A stretch of DNA of 35,901 nt from Catajapyx aquilonaris. Its lineage: Eukaryota. Location: contig JYFJ02003975.1 in NCBI GenBank assembly GCA_000934665.2, forward strand, positions 1 through 35,901, given 5' to 3'. Shown here piece after piece: positions 9,389-21,300 of this stretch. The translations under genes and the position numbers were made by a program. The notes under the pieces are model-generated. The model did no database searches. It was not told the origin of the DNA and worked only from the letters and a program-made list of their open reading frames with translations. Position 1 is the stretch's first letter; each line of letters starts with the position of its first letter.

Positions 9389-11392
9389 TCATTTATTCAG
9401 TGTGATTCTTTTCCCCTGATTCTTCTTAACAAGTCGCTTGATCTGCATAATTCCAATCTCTCCTATCTGAATGAAGCAGAAGAGGGATGCCCCCAGCATG
9501 AGACCCATGGCTCCTCCAATGTCGCTGAGAAGGAAGGTGATCGAGTAGGAGAAGGAGTCTGTGAATGCCTGGTAGGTCAGGTCATTGTAATAGATAATAA
9601 CCTCTGCCCTCTCCTCTTCCAGGTGGCCCACTTGCGTGTTTTTCTCTAGCACTATATATTTGCAGGAACGTGTACAGTTGCAGGCGGTGTCCATGGACAA
9701 CGGAGAGTTGATCAGCTTATCCAACACTTGGCTAGCTTCCTGGTACGATTCTGACGAGTTGCACAGTGGTGACCGTTCACTCTCTGAGTCCACACAAAAG
9801 AAAGTTTACTTGTTACAGATGCATTATTTCATGAAAGTATACCAATGAAAATACTTTTTAAGAACTAGGTATAGTGTAAGGTTTGGCCAGTACTCTTTTT
9901 CATGGATAATACCTGTAGCATCCAAATTGTGGGCCAAATGTAGATCAGGTCCAGATGAACCAATACCATGTAAAGGACCCTTATGGTATAATGAGCCTGA
10001 TAACATACACCATAATAATGCACACCTACCATCATCAATTGGCGGCAGTCGACAGGCACCTTCTGCGACAAAATTCTTGGAGAAGCAGCGGTAACGGCAG
10101 TCGATGTACGAATAGTTGGGATCCTTATTGCAGAGGTTCCCTGGCTTGTCGAGGCCTTGGAACACCTTTAGGGTCATTCTCACGTGCCTGGTGGTGTGGA
10201 GGTACACATATGCTCCATGTGTGGCCACCTGCAACTTTGGAGTCTCATTGGGCCAGTGCAGCAGCATTCGGAAACCTGACTTCCCTCTGTACTTGCGGGC
10301 CATAGGGTCTCTCAACTGCATCCGAAGATTGCTGGCAGGGCCTGCCTCGGCAGTAACTCCAGTTTCTGTTAACGTGGGTGTCCAGGTATGACATTACTGA
10401 ATTAGGTGAATTAATAAAATGTACTTTGTTGAAGAAAGAACACATAACTTACTAAGACTGAAGGTGGAACACGATCCTAGCACAGTGAACACGTTTTTCC
10501 ATTCGCCCACATCTTTGCACAGCCTCTTTCCTCCGAACCAACACTGAAATTAGCATATCTGTTGAAGCTTTGTTCTCACACTATTAACAGCAATTTCAAT
10601 TTCTTACAACCTTATTTGAAAAATTATTATACTCACCGATGCAAGTGACTCATCAATTCTGGGTGCCAGGAAAGTCCATAGTTCATCCATTGTATATCCA
10701 CTGATCCCAATATAATCGTGGATATGCCAGGCGTTTGCAATTGATACGTTAGTCTGGTATTCGTCTTTGGCCTTCTTCTTCTTGAGCCTCTCCATGGCGG
10801 TCAGGTTCCAGGTGTTCTGGTTGCAGATGGTGAGCATGGGGAAGGCCATTGTCTTGTTGATCCCCGTCTTTAGTTGGACACTGATAGGGCTGCTGAGGTA
10901 GTAGGTGACGCTGAAGTAGACCTGGGCCAGCATCAGAACTGTGGCTACGGTCAGCACCACCGTCCACATTATCCTGAGCCCATGGGTGGCCCTGCTGTTG
11001 AACACGACGCTCAGACCGGAGATTCGCACTTCGCTCAGGAGGCTCTCCGACTTATCTGGCACCACTACCTGATCCAATATTATTTGGTAACTTACTGTAG
11101 TACATGAGAGGAATATCTGACGTCATATACCAAAAGTATGCTGGAATGAGCAGGCTACATTAGCCATAACAAGTTCATGGTCTCAGAAATATTTTTCCAC
11201 GTACACAAGCTCATACTAGATGGTTATTAAGAAAGTTTTCAGTGAATTTTGCGCTTCAGTTTTTCAGATCTCAATTAATATGATTTGTTCTGTTTATGTA
11301 TCATTTAGAAAAACAATAATAATAAAGAAGGATGTGCTGTACAGTACCATCATGGAGTCCATCGGATTCTTCGAAGTTTTCTCACGAGACAT
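9389..11392 (-). CDS. DEG/ENaC (pickpocket/ASIC-like) channel, paralog 2, apparently complete (about 430 aa)
   Basis: Exons 11348-11392 (tentative first exon), 10637-11068, 10453-10543, 10030-10365 and 9389-9783 splice in frame with GT-AG. Contains FPMLTICNQN, a Cys-rich thumb (YSYIDC..RC, CNCTRSC) and TM2 LLSDIGGAMGLMLGASL with the GAS filter. Confidence 0.9.
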
Positions 11393-12262
11393 TGTAGAGG
11401 ACACAAAATAATCCTGGCCTTAGGGTAAAGGGTCACATATATTAACAGCAGGATTAAAATGTTTTAAATGAGCAATTAGCAAAATTCCTTGTATAAAGCT
11501 TGTTTACTCCCTCTGTGGTCTACTTTGACCAATTGTTTGCAATCAGTTCTTAGCAACCGTTCTTTATTAACCTCCCCAACATTCTCCAGAAATGAATGCA
11601 GGCAGGTGCAGGTAATGAATGAACTGCCCAGTAATTAGTACATTCAGTAGGGCATCTATGTACTGTACAGTATGTCATCCGGCTGGTATGTTACAGTTCC
11701 CTTCCCCATTGTTTCCCCTAGTCCTTAGTGTAAGAGAAAATACCATATATCCATAGAAACGGCCTTTTATTCCATAATTTCGACTAAACATCGGCTGCAC
11801 TTCTATCGGTCGTCAATCAGCCAGGAAAATCATGCATTCCCTGCCTAACATTAGTCAGCAAAGGTCACCTAATATTTTGATGTATAATTATGTATTATCG
11901 AAGTAGAATATATAATATTATTAGAAGCTATTTTCATCGATAATAATTGCTTCATATTTCCCATTGTGTCTCTTATTAGATTTGGATAAATGCCACCACC
12001 TGTTGCGCGGCAACGCCAATGTGGCAAGAACCACATTCTGAACATGAATATTTGGATGAACATGATGTAGCTCACACAGAATGACATGTAAATATGCATA
12101 CTGTATATTAACTTCATAACATGTAAACTAAAATTCTGTTAGTGAATTTAACCAAATTCTGACTTGAGTGGTATGTTTCCAGCCCATTTGTTCAGAGCAA
12201 GAATAAAGGCAGGAAGCTAAGTGCAGTACTTTGCGTCACAGTAACACAATCTACCGTTCAAC

Positions 12263-13437
12263 ATGGCCAGTTCACAAATGAAATTGGGACGATACGGATA
12301 TTACTCTGAAGAAGATGAAGCACATCGAGGTACGTATTACATAATATTTATTTTAAAATATATTGCGAGTCCAATTATTATTTCAGCAGCATTTCTGAAG
12401 GATTACTCCTCTCGAATGATCGAGAGGCGTAAATATAAAATACCAGATGTGAAAATCAGCAGCGTGTTCAGAAAAGGTTCGAGCAAGACAGTCGCATCAA
12501 GGATGAGAGACAACGACGTCGATTCTGCAGGCATCCGAATAGTTCCAATGGACAGCAAAAACAGCGATAGCCGTCCTTCGGGAAGCAGTGAACGGCTTCC
12601 AAACGGCGCTTTAAGCCCTGATCAAATTGGTAGGTCGTTCACTATGAATTTAGCAAGCTTGTAACTGCTGAAAAAAACTGTTACAGAGTACGCAAAGAAA
12701 ATTGCTCTTCGTGACTTAAAACTCGTCCAGGAACCAAAATGGTCCAAGACACTGAATAATGAAATAAACAAGCACCTGGAAAACGGTGTCAAAATTGACA
12801 AGCGTAAGTATGCATGCGCTATACGTAGCCTACTGTGTACGTAAACTGTGTATAATGTCCACTTCCAGTCCTGAGCGAAATCGACCAACGTGTATCAATC
12901 TTAGAAGCACAGAAATCCGGAGGGCAACTCATTGTCAGGGAAAGCATCTGCCAGGAGATATCAGACAAAATTCAGGAAATCAGGCGTCTGAAGAATGGCT
13001 TCAACCGAAAACTGGATGTAGACAAAGAAAGCTCCTCGACTGTTCCTGAACCCAAGACGACAGAGGCCTCCACATCTACATTTAACAGAAGCACTCCTCT
13101 CAAGAGTGAAAGCAAGAAGAAGTCCGAAATGGAGGCCGAACTGCTGAAGAAGTACATTCCTTCAGAGAAAAGGATCAAGAAGCTTGATCCTGAACAAGCA
13201 AAGATGATGGACCCGTTCAGTCGATTTGAAGCAGGAAAGAAATTGAGTTTTATGAGAAAACCTCCCACGGCGTACCCAGGGCCCAGCAGGAACTCATACA
13301 GACGATTGCAATTTGTGGAGAAGCTAGTGAGTGATGATATGGATCTACTTATGAATGATGTGACTGAGAAGGATGTGGAAGTGGCTGACCTGCATAAGGC
13401 TCTGTCAATTCTGAGGAGAAGGAGAATGGAACCGTGA
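12263..13437 (+). CDS. Four-exon protein, probable divergent UPF0193/EVG1-family paralog
   Basis: Exons 12263-12329, 12387-12629, 12687-12803 and 12869-13437 splice in frame through three 57-65-bp GT-AG introns. Exon 4 starts LLSEIDQRVSILEAQKSGGQLIVRESICQEISDKIQEI, which resembles the UPF0193 C-terminal helix pair. Confidence 0.72.
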
Positions 13438-13793
13438 GTGGAAATCAACTGAGGTGTATTGGAAGGTGATATGCAGGATGTAAGCAGAGTCGCAATTTAC
13501 AAGTTCATAATATTATTTACTCAAATAAACTGGTTGAACTGGGTTTGTAGTATTTCACAGAGACGCCTATTGTACAATAGCATCTCAGTTCTAAATAGAC
13601 TGGAAATAGGCTGAAATGTCCATCGTAAGAAGTGGCCTGAAACTGCAAATTGTTGCTACACAATACAAAATAATAAAGGAAATCATTTAAATTTTTTAAG
13701 TGGCATACCAGTTTACAAATCTGTCACATCCATAAAACACCCACATAGATTTAAATTGCATTGCCATGGCATTTGGAACTGGATGATCCTCTT

Positions 13794-15061
13794 CTACTTC
13801 TTCCTGGAGCTATCCTGGACAAAGTTCACAGTTTTAGCTCCTTGGTTTTTCTTTGCTGAATCTGTCCCTTTCTTCTTTTCCTTAACTCCAGCAGGGGATT
13901 TCTTGACTGTCTCCTTAACAGCAGCACTATCTCCAGAGGACAGAGGGAGACGCCCAGATTTGGTAGCAGTGTTTGGAGTAGCTTTGTTCAGGGGAGATGT
14001 GATTGGGGTAGAACTCACTGATCCTTTCCGAGTCTTAGCAGTGTTAAAACCAGGGGTGACTGAGCTGGCCCTTGTGGACACCCTAGAAGAATTCTTGGTT
14101 GAGGAAGGCGAATTATTCATATAGTAACGAGTCCTAGTATCCAAAGGAGTCCTGGATGTGTTCTTCCTCGAATCTTCATTCTCCTGAATGGCCCTAACCA
14201 CCTCATGGATGTGCTGTTTGTCATTGTCAGACAAACGGTCCAAGCCCCCTATTTTCTGAAGCTTTTCCTCAACCTCTTTCCGGACCTCATCAAATTTGGA
14301 AAAATTATTTGTCTCCTTCAGTTCCTCCATGGTTGCAATATATTTTTCAATTTCTTTGGCAACTGCAATGAACACGCATTTTTTTTATTATTAACAGAGT
14401 ATAATTGGAATCACTGCTATATTGTTGCAAGTACTTACTTTTGTCAAAATTCACATCCTCAGGTTGGCTCTTCATTCGGGAATTAGGCGGTGTCAATAAT
14501 GACTTGTTGTCACCGTCATCCTCGTCATAGTCTTCGTCGTATTCCGGCAGGGTCGGAAGTCCATTTTTCCCATAATACATAATGTCCTGCAGCCTTTCTT
14601 TCTCCTTAGACAAATTTCCTTTAATTACAAAACAAATTATTATTATCATTCAAACAACCAGCTGATTGTATAAAACGGACCTCGCATGGGATTTGGTCGA
14701 TATTGTTCCATTTCATAGGCACCCATAGCGTGGATGGCAGTTAGAGAACGCTTCGAAGGACCAGCATTAATCAGACGAAGAGGACCATCGGTGCCAACAG
14801 ATGGCGGGAATCTTCTGGAGTTACTTGTGGATAGAAGCGATTCGCCTTTATCAACTGCGTCGTTAATTTTACGACGATGGGTCATGGCAACCTTGCTCTC
14901 TTCCATCAGCACTGACGTGAATAAGAACGGATGGCCAAGTGACAAAACATGGATGAATGATCTAAAAACCTACCTTTGATAAATTCTCGCGTCTCCTGGC
15001 TGTACGATGCTTTCGCATTGTTGAACAACCCTGAGCGTCGGCCACCACCATCAGCGGCCAT
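13794..15061 (-). CDS. UPF0193 protein EVG1 (C22orf23) homolog with Ser/Thr/Lys-rich C-terminal extension
   Basis: Exons 14974-15061, 14681-14911, 14439-14618 and 13794-14362. Motifs YSQETREFIKVLMEESK, GAYEMEQYRP and LSKEKERLQDIM match the family as I recall it. Confidence 0.87.
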
Positions 15062-15782
15062 TTTTGTCCGGCTTGTTCCTTCAAAGGAACAGGGCACGCG
15101 ATATACTCCTCGACCTGTGTGATCACAAAAAATGTAGATCAATCCCGATCAAAAATGAAATAAACTGTAGTTCTAAACAGGAATTGTTTCTATGGAATCT
15201 GTGAAACAATAAGGCCCTTGTGTCTGGGAGTTGTTTACTTCTAAAGTTGAACTTTGGCTGGGACTGTTGGACAAACTGTTTGGACCAATGATGATGATGA
15301 TAGGTACGGAATCAGTAGTACTATCAGCTCTTGGTACTATCAATTACAAAATAAAATAGTGTACATGTAACCATTACCTGCCATCACCGACTCACGCACA
15401 ACACTGTTATAAAGCACGATGGGAGTTCATGTCACCTTATTGATCCAACATTTTGACTGAGTTCACGCTTTTTCACGATATGGGCCATATTGATTAGGAA
15501 GTACTGTACCAGGAAACGTTTGCTGTACCGGTTTGACCCAAGAACTTTCCGTATGAAACCAAAGAGAAGAAAATAATAAGGGGCAGAGGAGTCGGAGGAA
15601 CACCTGACAGTCTTTTCAATGGGCGAGTATGACATGAGGTAACAATAAACGTCTTACGACACAGTATTATTGTTATTACAATTTATTGTCATTAATCGCT
15701 TATACTCATTCTGTTAACTGTTGAGAAATTATCGCACCAGGGAGTTAACACTGCATAGAATTGAAACTATCATCAACATAGG

Positions 15783-17777
15783 TCATGAAGTACTCTCTCC
15801 GCTGGAAACACACTCTTTGGAAACATAAGTGTCTAGTACATGCTGCAAATGCTCCATCTGCTGACACAAGTCTGCAACCGACTGCTTCAAATCGCACGCC
15901 TGATCCGGCGACAACGCTTGTAATCGCTCCAGACTAGCACGCACCAACGAGGAGGGAACGCGAAGACCTTTCAGCCACGGAACATCCGGCTTTGTGACGC
16001 ACTTGGTAGTAACCCGTACCGACAACGACGTAACTTTCGTCAACTGCATCCGACGTAAGAAAGGCCCCGGAGCACGTATGCGGCTTACGACGCTGTCAAA
16101 CGCGGCCAGCAATGATTCGATCCTGAGCGCAAAACGTAACGTCGACTCAAGACGAGTCGACTCAGCGCGCATACGCACCTTCTGAACGTCATGTACCGCC
16201 AACGCGTGTAGAACATTCACCAACACGAGCGACACCACCAGTAGGAACAGGGACAGTACGACATACGCACACGCATTGACTTCTAGAGGCAGCGATGTGA
16301 AATCTAATTCTCCTGATGCCATGACGCTCACACGTAGAAGAGCCGCTTGAGGTGTGTTCATGTACGCTTCTTTCAGTTCGCTTTCAGTGTTGGCATCGCG
16401 CATCAGGACGTAAAAAGCGGCTGCGAACGCTGCTATGAACGGAAAGGCCAGCAACGTCACGGCACGTATGTAGTCAGCAGCAACTTCCTGTAATATGGCT
16501 GCGTATGGAGCACACTGCGGATGTCTCGCTGCCATCCACGACGCTTGGATCCACGCGCACAGGAGCGACAACGCGCGTGGTGCGTCATCAGACGTGAGAA
16601 GAGCAGCGACGGTCGAAGCGAGTGACGTGACTCGGAGCCAGTTCTCAGTCTCTACGGCCCATTCACGAGTTCGGGACGCCAAATGCGCCGCGTCACGTAA
16701 TATCAGGATGATAACAACACACCAGAGAGTGATACGGAGTGGATGGGGCGCATCTCTCATCAGGAACGTCGTTGACGTCAGGGCCAAAAACAGAGCGTGG
16801 GCCACAACGTCGGACCAATAGAACAGGGACAATTTACTCCACTTCAGATGCAACACAAGCGCTGATATTGGATGCGAAATGAGCGATGGGTCTCGACGAC
16901 GCAGGAGGTCCAATCGACGTGTTTCTCCGTCTTCCCACCACGAGGTAGCTGGTCGACGTTGTGGTACTAACCGCCGCAAGTCGAACGTCAGCTGTGCAGC
17001 ATCGCGACGCTCGTCCAAACGCAGTCCGGCGTCGAAATGGCCGCGTATGGCCGTAAGCGGCGCGCAATCCAGAGCGCAACGGCCGCTGGAGTCGCGGTGC
17101 CAGATGTCCGCACCGTGTGACAGCAGCAACTGCAATAATAAAACGTCAGAAATGCGACGTAAAGACGTCAGAAATGCGACGTAAAAACGTCGGAAACGCG
17201 ACGTAAAGACGTCAGAAACGCGACGTACAAACGTCGCGTTTTTCCGTCGCGTTTTAAAACGGACGTAATTCCGACGTACTTTGACAAGATGTTCGTGTCC
17301 ACATTCAGCAGCAAGCAATAGAGGCGTCGCTCCCTGGGCGTCCTTCGCGTCAACATCGGCACCAGCGTCGAGAAGCATCTCTGCCAGACGACGGTGTCCT
17401 TCAGCAGCCGCATCGTGAAGGGGTGAGCATCCGTATGAGTCCTTAGCGTCCGGATTGGCGCCGTGACGCAGCAAGACGCGTGCGGATTCTGAACGGCCAG
17501 CACCGGCAGCTGCGTGAAGAGCGCGGGCGCCTCGAGCATCGCATGCGTCGACGGGAATACCAGAGGACAATAAGGATTCCAATTTGGCCTCATCACCACG
17601 TCGACATGCCCAGAACAGTTCTCCGGCTCTCTAATAGATAATAGATTATGCGACAGTTCAAAATGACAATGCAAAAGTACTTACTGGATGAGCTGGTTCA
17701 TTGCTGATGTCAATTTGACCTTTGAGCGGTTCTTGCTGAGTTTTGGCATTCTTGTCGGTAGCCATCAGCTGCCCCAT
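15783..17777 (-). CDS. TRPA-like (pyrexia/water witch-type) ankyrin-repeat cation channel, compact
   Basis: Exons 17685-17777 (tentative start), 17280-17630 and 15783-17129. About 4-5 ankyrin repeats, pre-S1 LISHPISALVLHLKW, six TM-like segments, pore MASGELDF, S6 VNVLHALAVHDVQ and a C-terminal coiled coil. Confidence 0.85.
17143..17235. repeat. 22-bp minisatellite (about 4.2 units) in TRP intron
   Basis: Units ACGTC(A/G)GAAA(T/C)GCGACGTA(A/C)A(G/A) start at 17143, 17165, 17187 and 17209. Confidence 0.9.
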
Positions 17778-18332
17778 CTTATCCTTACTTTCATGCTCCG
17801 AGACAGAGAAGTTCCTTACCCTGGCGCCCCCCTTTCCTGTGCTTGATAATTTTAGACCACACACTCATGACACACATTCACATGTGGTGGTCCATTCCAT
17901 GGAAGAACAGTAGGCACATAAAAAAAGTATGACTCAACAGCTGTCAAGAGCAGGATGTACATCATTGCATTATGCAACAGGCAGTGGATCATAATACTGT
18001 ACGTGAAGGTTTTTATATGGATGTGATTACAACCGTAGGTAGGCTTTATAATGCAGAAAATTTTATTGCCATGCATAAAATATTGAAAAATATGACAAGC
18101 TGCCTGTTCTGAAATTACATTCATTTGATTCATACCCATTAACATGAAATAACGCAAAATTCTCCTTGCAACGAAACATTGAACCTGTGCCTATTGTCCT
18201 CTATTTCACTGTGCAAGAGTCTGGGTTAGCATTGTATAATGAGTATCTGACTCATGAAGGAGTTGGAGGGCTACGTGCAAGCACTGTGCAAGTGTATATA
18301 GCAACAGTTTTATTACATCTCATTGTCAACAT

Positions 18333-21300
18333 TCATCCACAAGTATATTCATCATCATAATCGTCATCTACAAATTCTCCTTCAATTTCGCACACTTCAT
18401 CCTCATCCTCGCCGTCGTCGTCGTCATCATCGTGCACTTCGCTTTGTCCTTCTTCTTCTTGCTCTTCCGTGTCCACTTCCTCTTCTTCTTGCACGTCAAT
18501 TTCGTCCTCAGACTTGACATCTCTCATTGGCAGCAGAGCACTAGAATGCATGAGCATCGGATCCACATCTAAAAGACAGCAAGTTATTTCCATCATTACA
18601 ATTGGCTGTCAAGTTGCCAGCATAATCCAGCTATTTCAGATAATTATATGCATCCCTTCACAGAAGTAGCCTACACAACAATACCAAAGGGCAAAGGCAC
18701 CCAAAATATTGATATAACTTATCCAATGGAGAGAAAAAAATTGAACAGGGATCATTCTTCTTGTTGTTAATAACTGACATCCTGAGTTATGAGTAACAGA
18801 AGTATATGGAGTCATAATAATAATGAAGGTTTTGATTAACCTTAATTGAGCCATTCAGCGCCGACTAGTCACTCACAAGGGGCATAACTGACGGGTGCTT
18901 TAAAAATCGAGTGTAGAAGGTTCATTTATAATTTCTCCAGAACTTCCCACCACTTAAAAAAATCCTAGACTTTCAAGCAACATCTATACCTGACCTCGAC
19001 ATTCCCCTGGTGCAGTACGAAGTTGATTACAGAGAATAGCTGCACTTGTCAGCTGTCACCTGCCAAATATAATGTTACAACTGTGTGACTGGTGTGTGAT
19101 GTAATCACCACTTCCTTCAGACTACAGACCCAAATGTCAAAAGGGTATCACAGATTATGGAAATGGTTTCTTCTTGGTGGAAACAATTTTGCTCCTGCAC
19201 AAATGGCAATGAAATAATAATTACATTTGAAACAATAAACTCTCCAGATGTACTAATTATTTGGAATTAAAATATTTACAGTTATTTTGGAAGCCCCTAT
19301 ACCAAACTTAAGGGCTCCAAGATGATCAGCCTTTGGGGATAGTTATGATTATTGATTTGCAATTGGCAATACAATAGTACGTCCTGCAAAATATTTTGGT
19401 ATTATTTTCTCCATTTTTCGTCTCTCTGTGAAGGAGACTGTGGCCATTCTGGTATGGAAAACATCCCAGAATTATCCTGGAAGTGACCAGGTCAAACAAA
19501 CACCCCCATATCAGGCTGGTTGGCTCTGGGATTCGAATCAGGGCCTCCCAAATGGCAGCCACTATTCCTAACCACTAAACTAGGCCGCCTTGGTTGGTCC
19601 GGGCTTGTGCTTCCAACAGGTTTATCGCCTTAACCTCGTTGCCAGAGTAAACATAATTTATTGTAATAACTTCCCCTACTCCAACACTGAACTGTGGACT
19701 AGGGCAGAATACCACCTTGTATGATCAAGGCAATTGCTTGTAAATGGATTCACACAGGCAGCCATAAATGAGCCTGTTAATTGTGAATAATATGTAATCT
19801 AATTCATAAATTTAATAATGCATAAAAATGGTCCTTATTGCAAAGATCCTGAAGTGATTTAGGGCATCATGAATGGCCAATGGCTGATGGGGGAAAGGGT
19901 ATGGGGGGCTCTGTTCTCATTTTCCCCTTCTCAGAAGAAACTCTAGTTTCATACTTGCCATTCTTCACACAAGTACATTCTGTGCTAGAATGCTGGCGTA
20001 GTGACCTAATGCATGTTTTCACAAATTTGGTCACCCCTAATTTTTATTACCGACACACCACTATACATGGCAACATGGTATAAAAATGATATTTTTTACA
20101 TCAGACTTGTCTGATGACAGTCATATGAAAGGCACTGTGTTTAAATAAGTATGTAATAATTTGTTTCATTTTCCTTGCTAGGAAATTCATAAAGCTTCGG
20201 ACGTGCTACAGTTATCACTGTATACTGACAAGCCCTTCAAGAAGTCTACAAAACCTACCATTGAGCATGAGCTGTGGATCCATTTCTGCATCTTCCTCAC
20301 TCTCCTCTTCTCTTGAAATCCCCACATCAAACTCTGTTCGGTGCAACCCCAGCTCCTCTTCATCCACCTCCGTTGCTTGAGACAGCTTATTGTTTCCAAC
20401 CTCACTACTATCACTTTCGTCCTTGCAGTCCACTACACCTGCTTGCACCATCTTCACCTCCCCATCCCCACTTTCATCACTGTTGGACATGGTGGAAACT
20501 ATCACCTGATTCATTGATGGGTTCATCTGGGATAAAGGATCCTGAAATGGAAAATCAAGTCAAAACAGGCCATGATCTCAATCATATTAAAAGTTCACTC
20601 AACTTACAGTTAGAGTGTGTATGAGGGTGAGTCCCTGTGTGGCAGGCAGCATGGAAGTTGGGCAGCTTATGAAGAAAGTCGCCCCACTGTTGTGGTTCAA
20701 TCCTCCTGCAAGCCCAGGACCCATCCCAACCATTTGCTGGTTTGGGGCCAAGACAAGTCCACCTCCAACCATACTGTCATCTAAAACTAATGATATGAAA
20801 ATGAAAATGAAAAAATCTATCCCACACACAGCATCTGAAGAACTCTCTCTCTCTCTCTCCAATTAACTCACCAGTATGTGATGTGTCGATGAGAAGTGGA
20901 GCAGCTGTCACAAGTCCCAATGAATTGATTGGCACAGTGGAAGTGGTGGTGGTTTGCAAATCAAAAGTTGAGGTTTGCATCCCTGCATCCACCACCAAGG
21001 AATGAGGGGTTGTCGCAGAAACAATAGTGGGAGCTACTTGAACAGCGGGCCCCAGTCCAAGGAGTTCAGGCTGCAAGTGGTATATCTGCTGGCACAATTC
21101 TCTGAGTGGAGGGTTAACCTGACCAGGGGACTCAGGATCAAAAGAAGATGGAGGGGACGAGCTGTCACTACTGTTGCTAATTGGGTTCTGTTTGTAGAGA
21201 TGCCTCTTCAGACTCCACCATTTCCCTCGCAGCCACTGGGGGGAGCGTGCGGCAGACCATCCACTAGCAAGCTCTGCCCAGTCTATTTCATTCTCATCTG

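Noticed and set aside
10245..10445. Apparent frameshift in ppk paralog 2 if the acceptor at 10397 is used
   Set aside because: The acceptor at 10366-10367 restores the frame, so this is not a pseudogene signal.
17143..17235. CRISPR-like palindromic repeats
   Set aside because: No unique spacers, no cas genes, and a eukaryotic intron context; it is a minisatellite.
15783..17582. 599-aa single-exon ORF as the true TRP protein
   Set aside because: It starts at TTG within an ankyrin repeat and reads through a GT-AG intron.
18333..18596. Stand-alone acidic protein
   Set aside because: Splices in frame as the last DMTF1 exon.
19510..19589. tRNA gene
   Set aside because: A and B boxes are present but the acceptor stem does not pair and there is no clear terminator; SINE-like instead.
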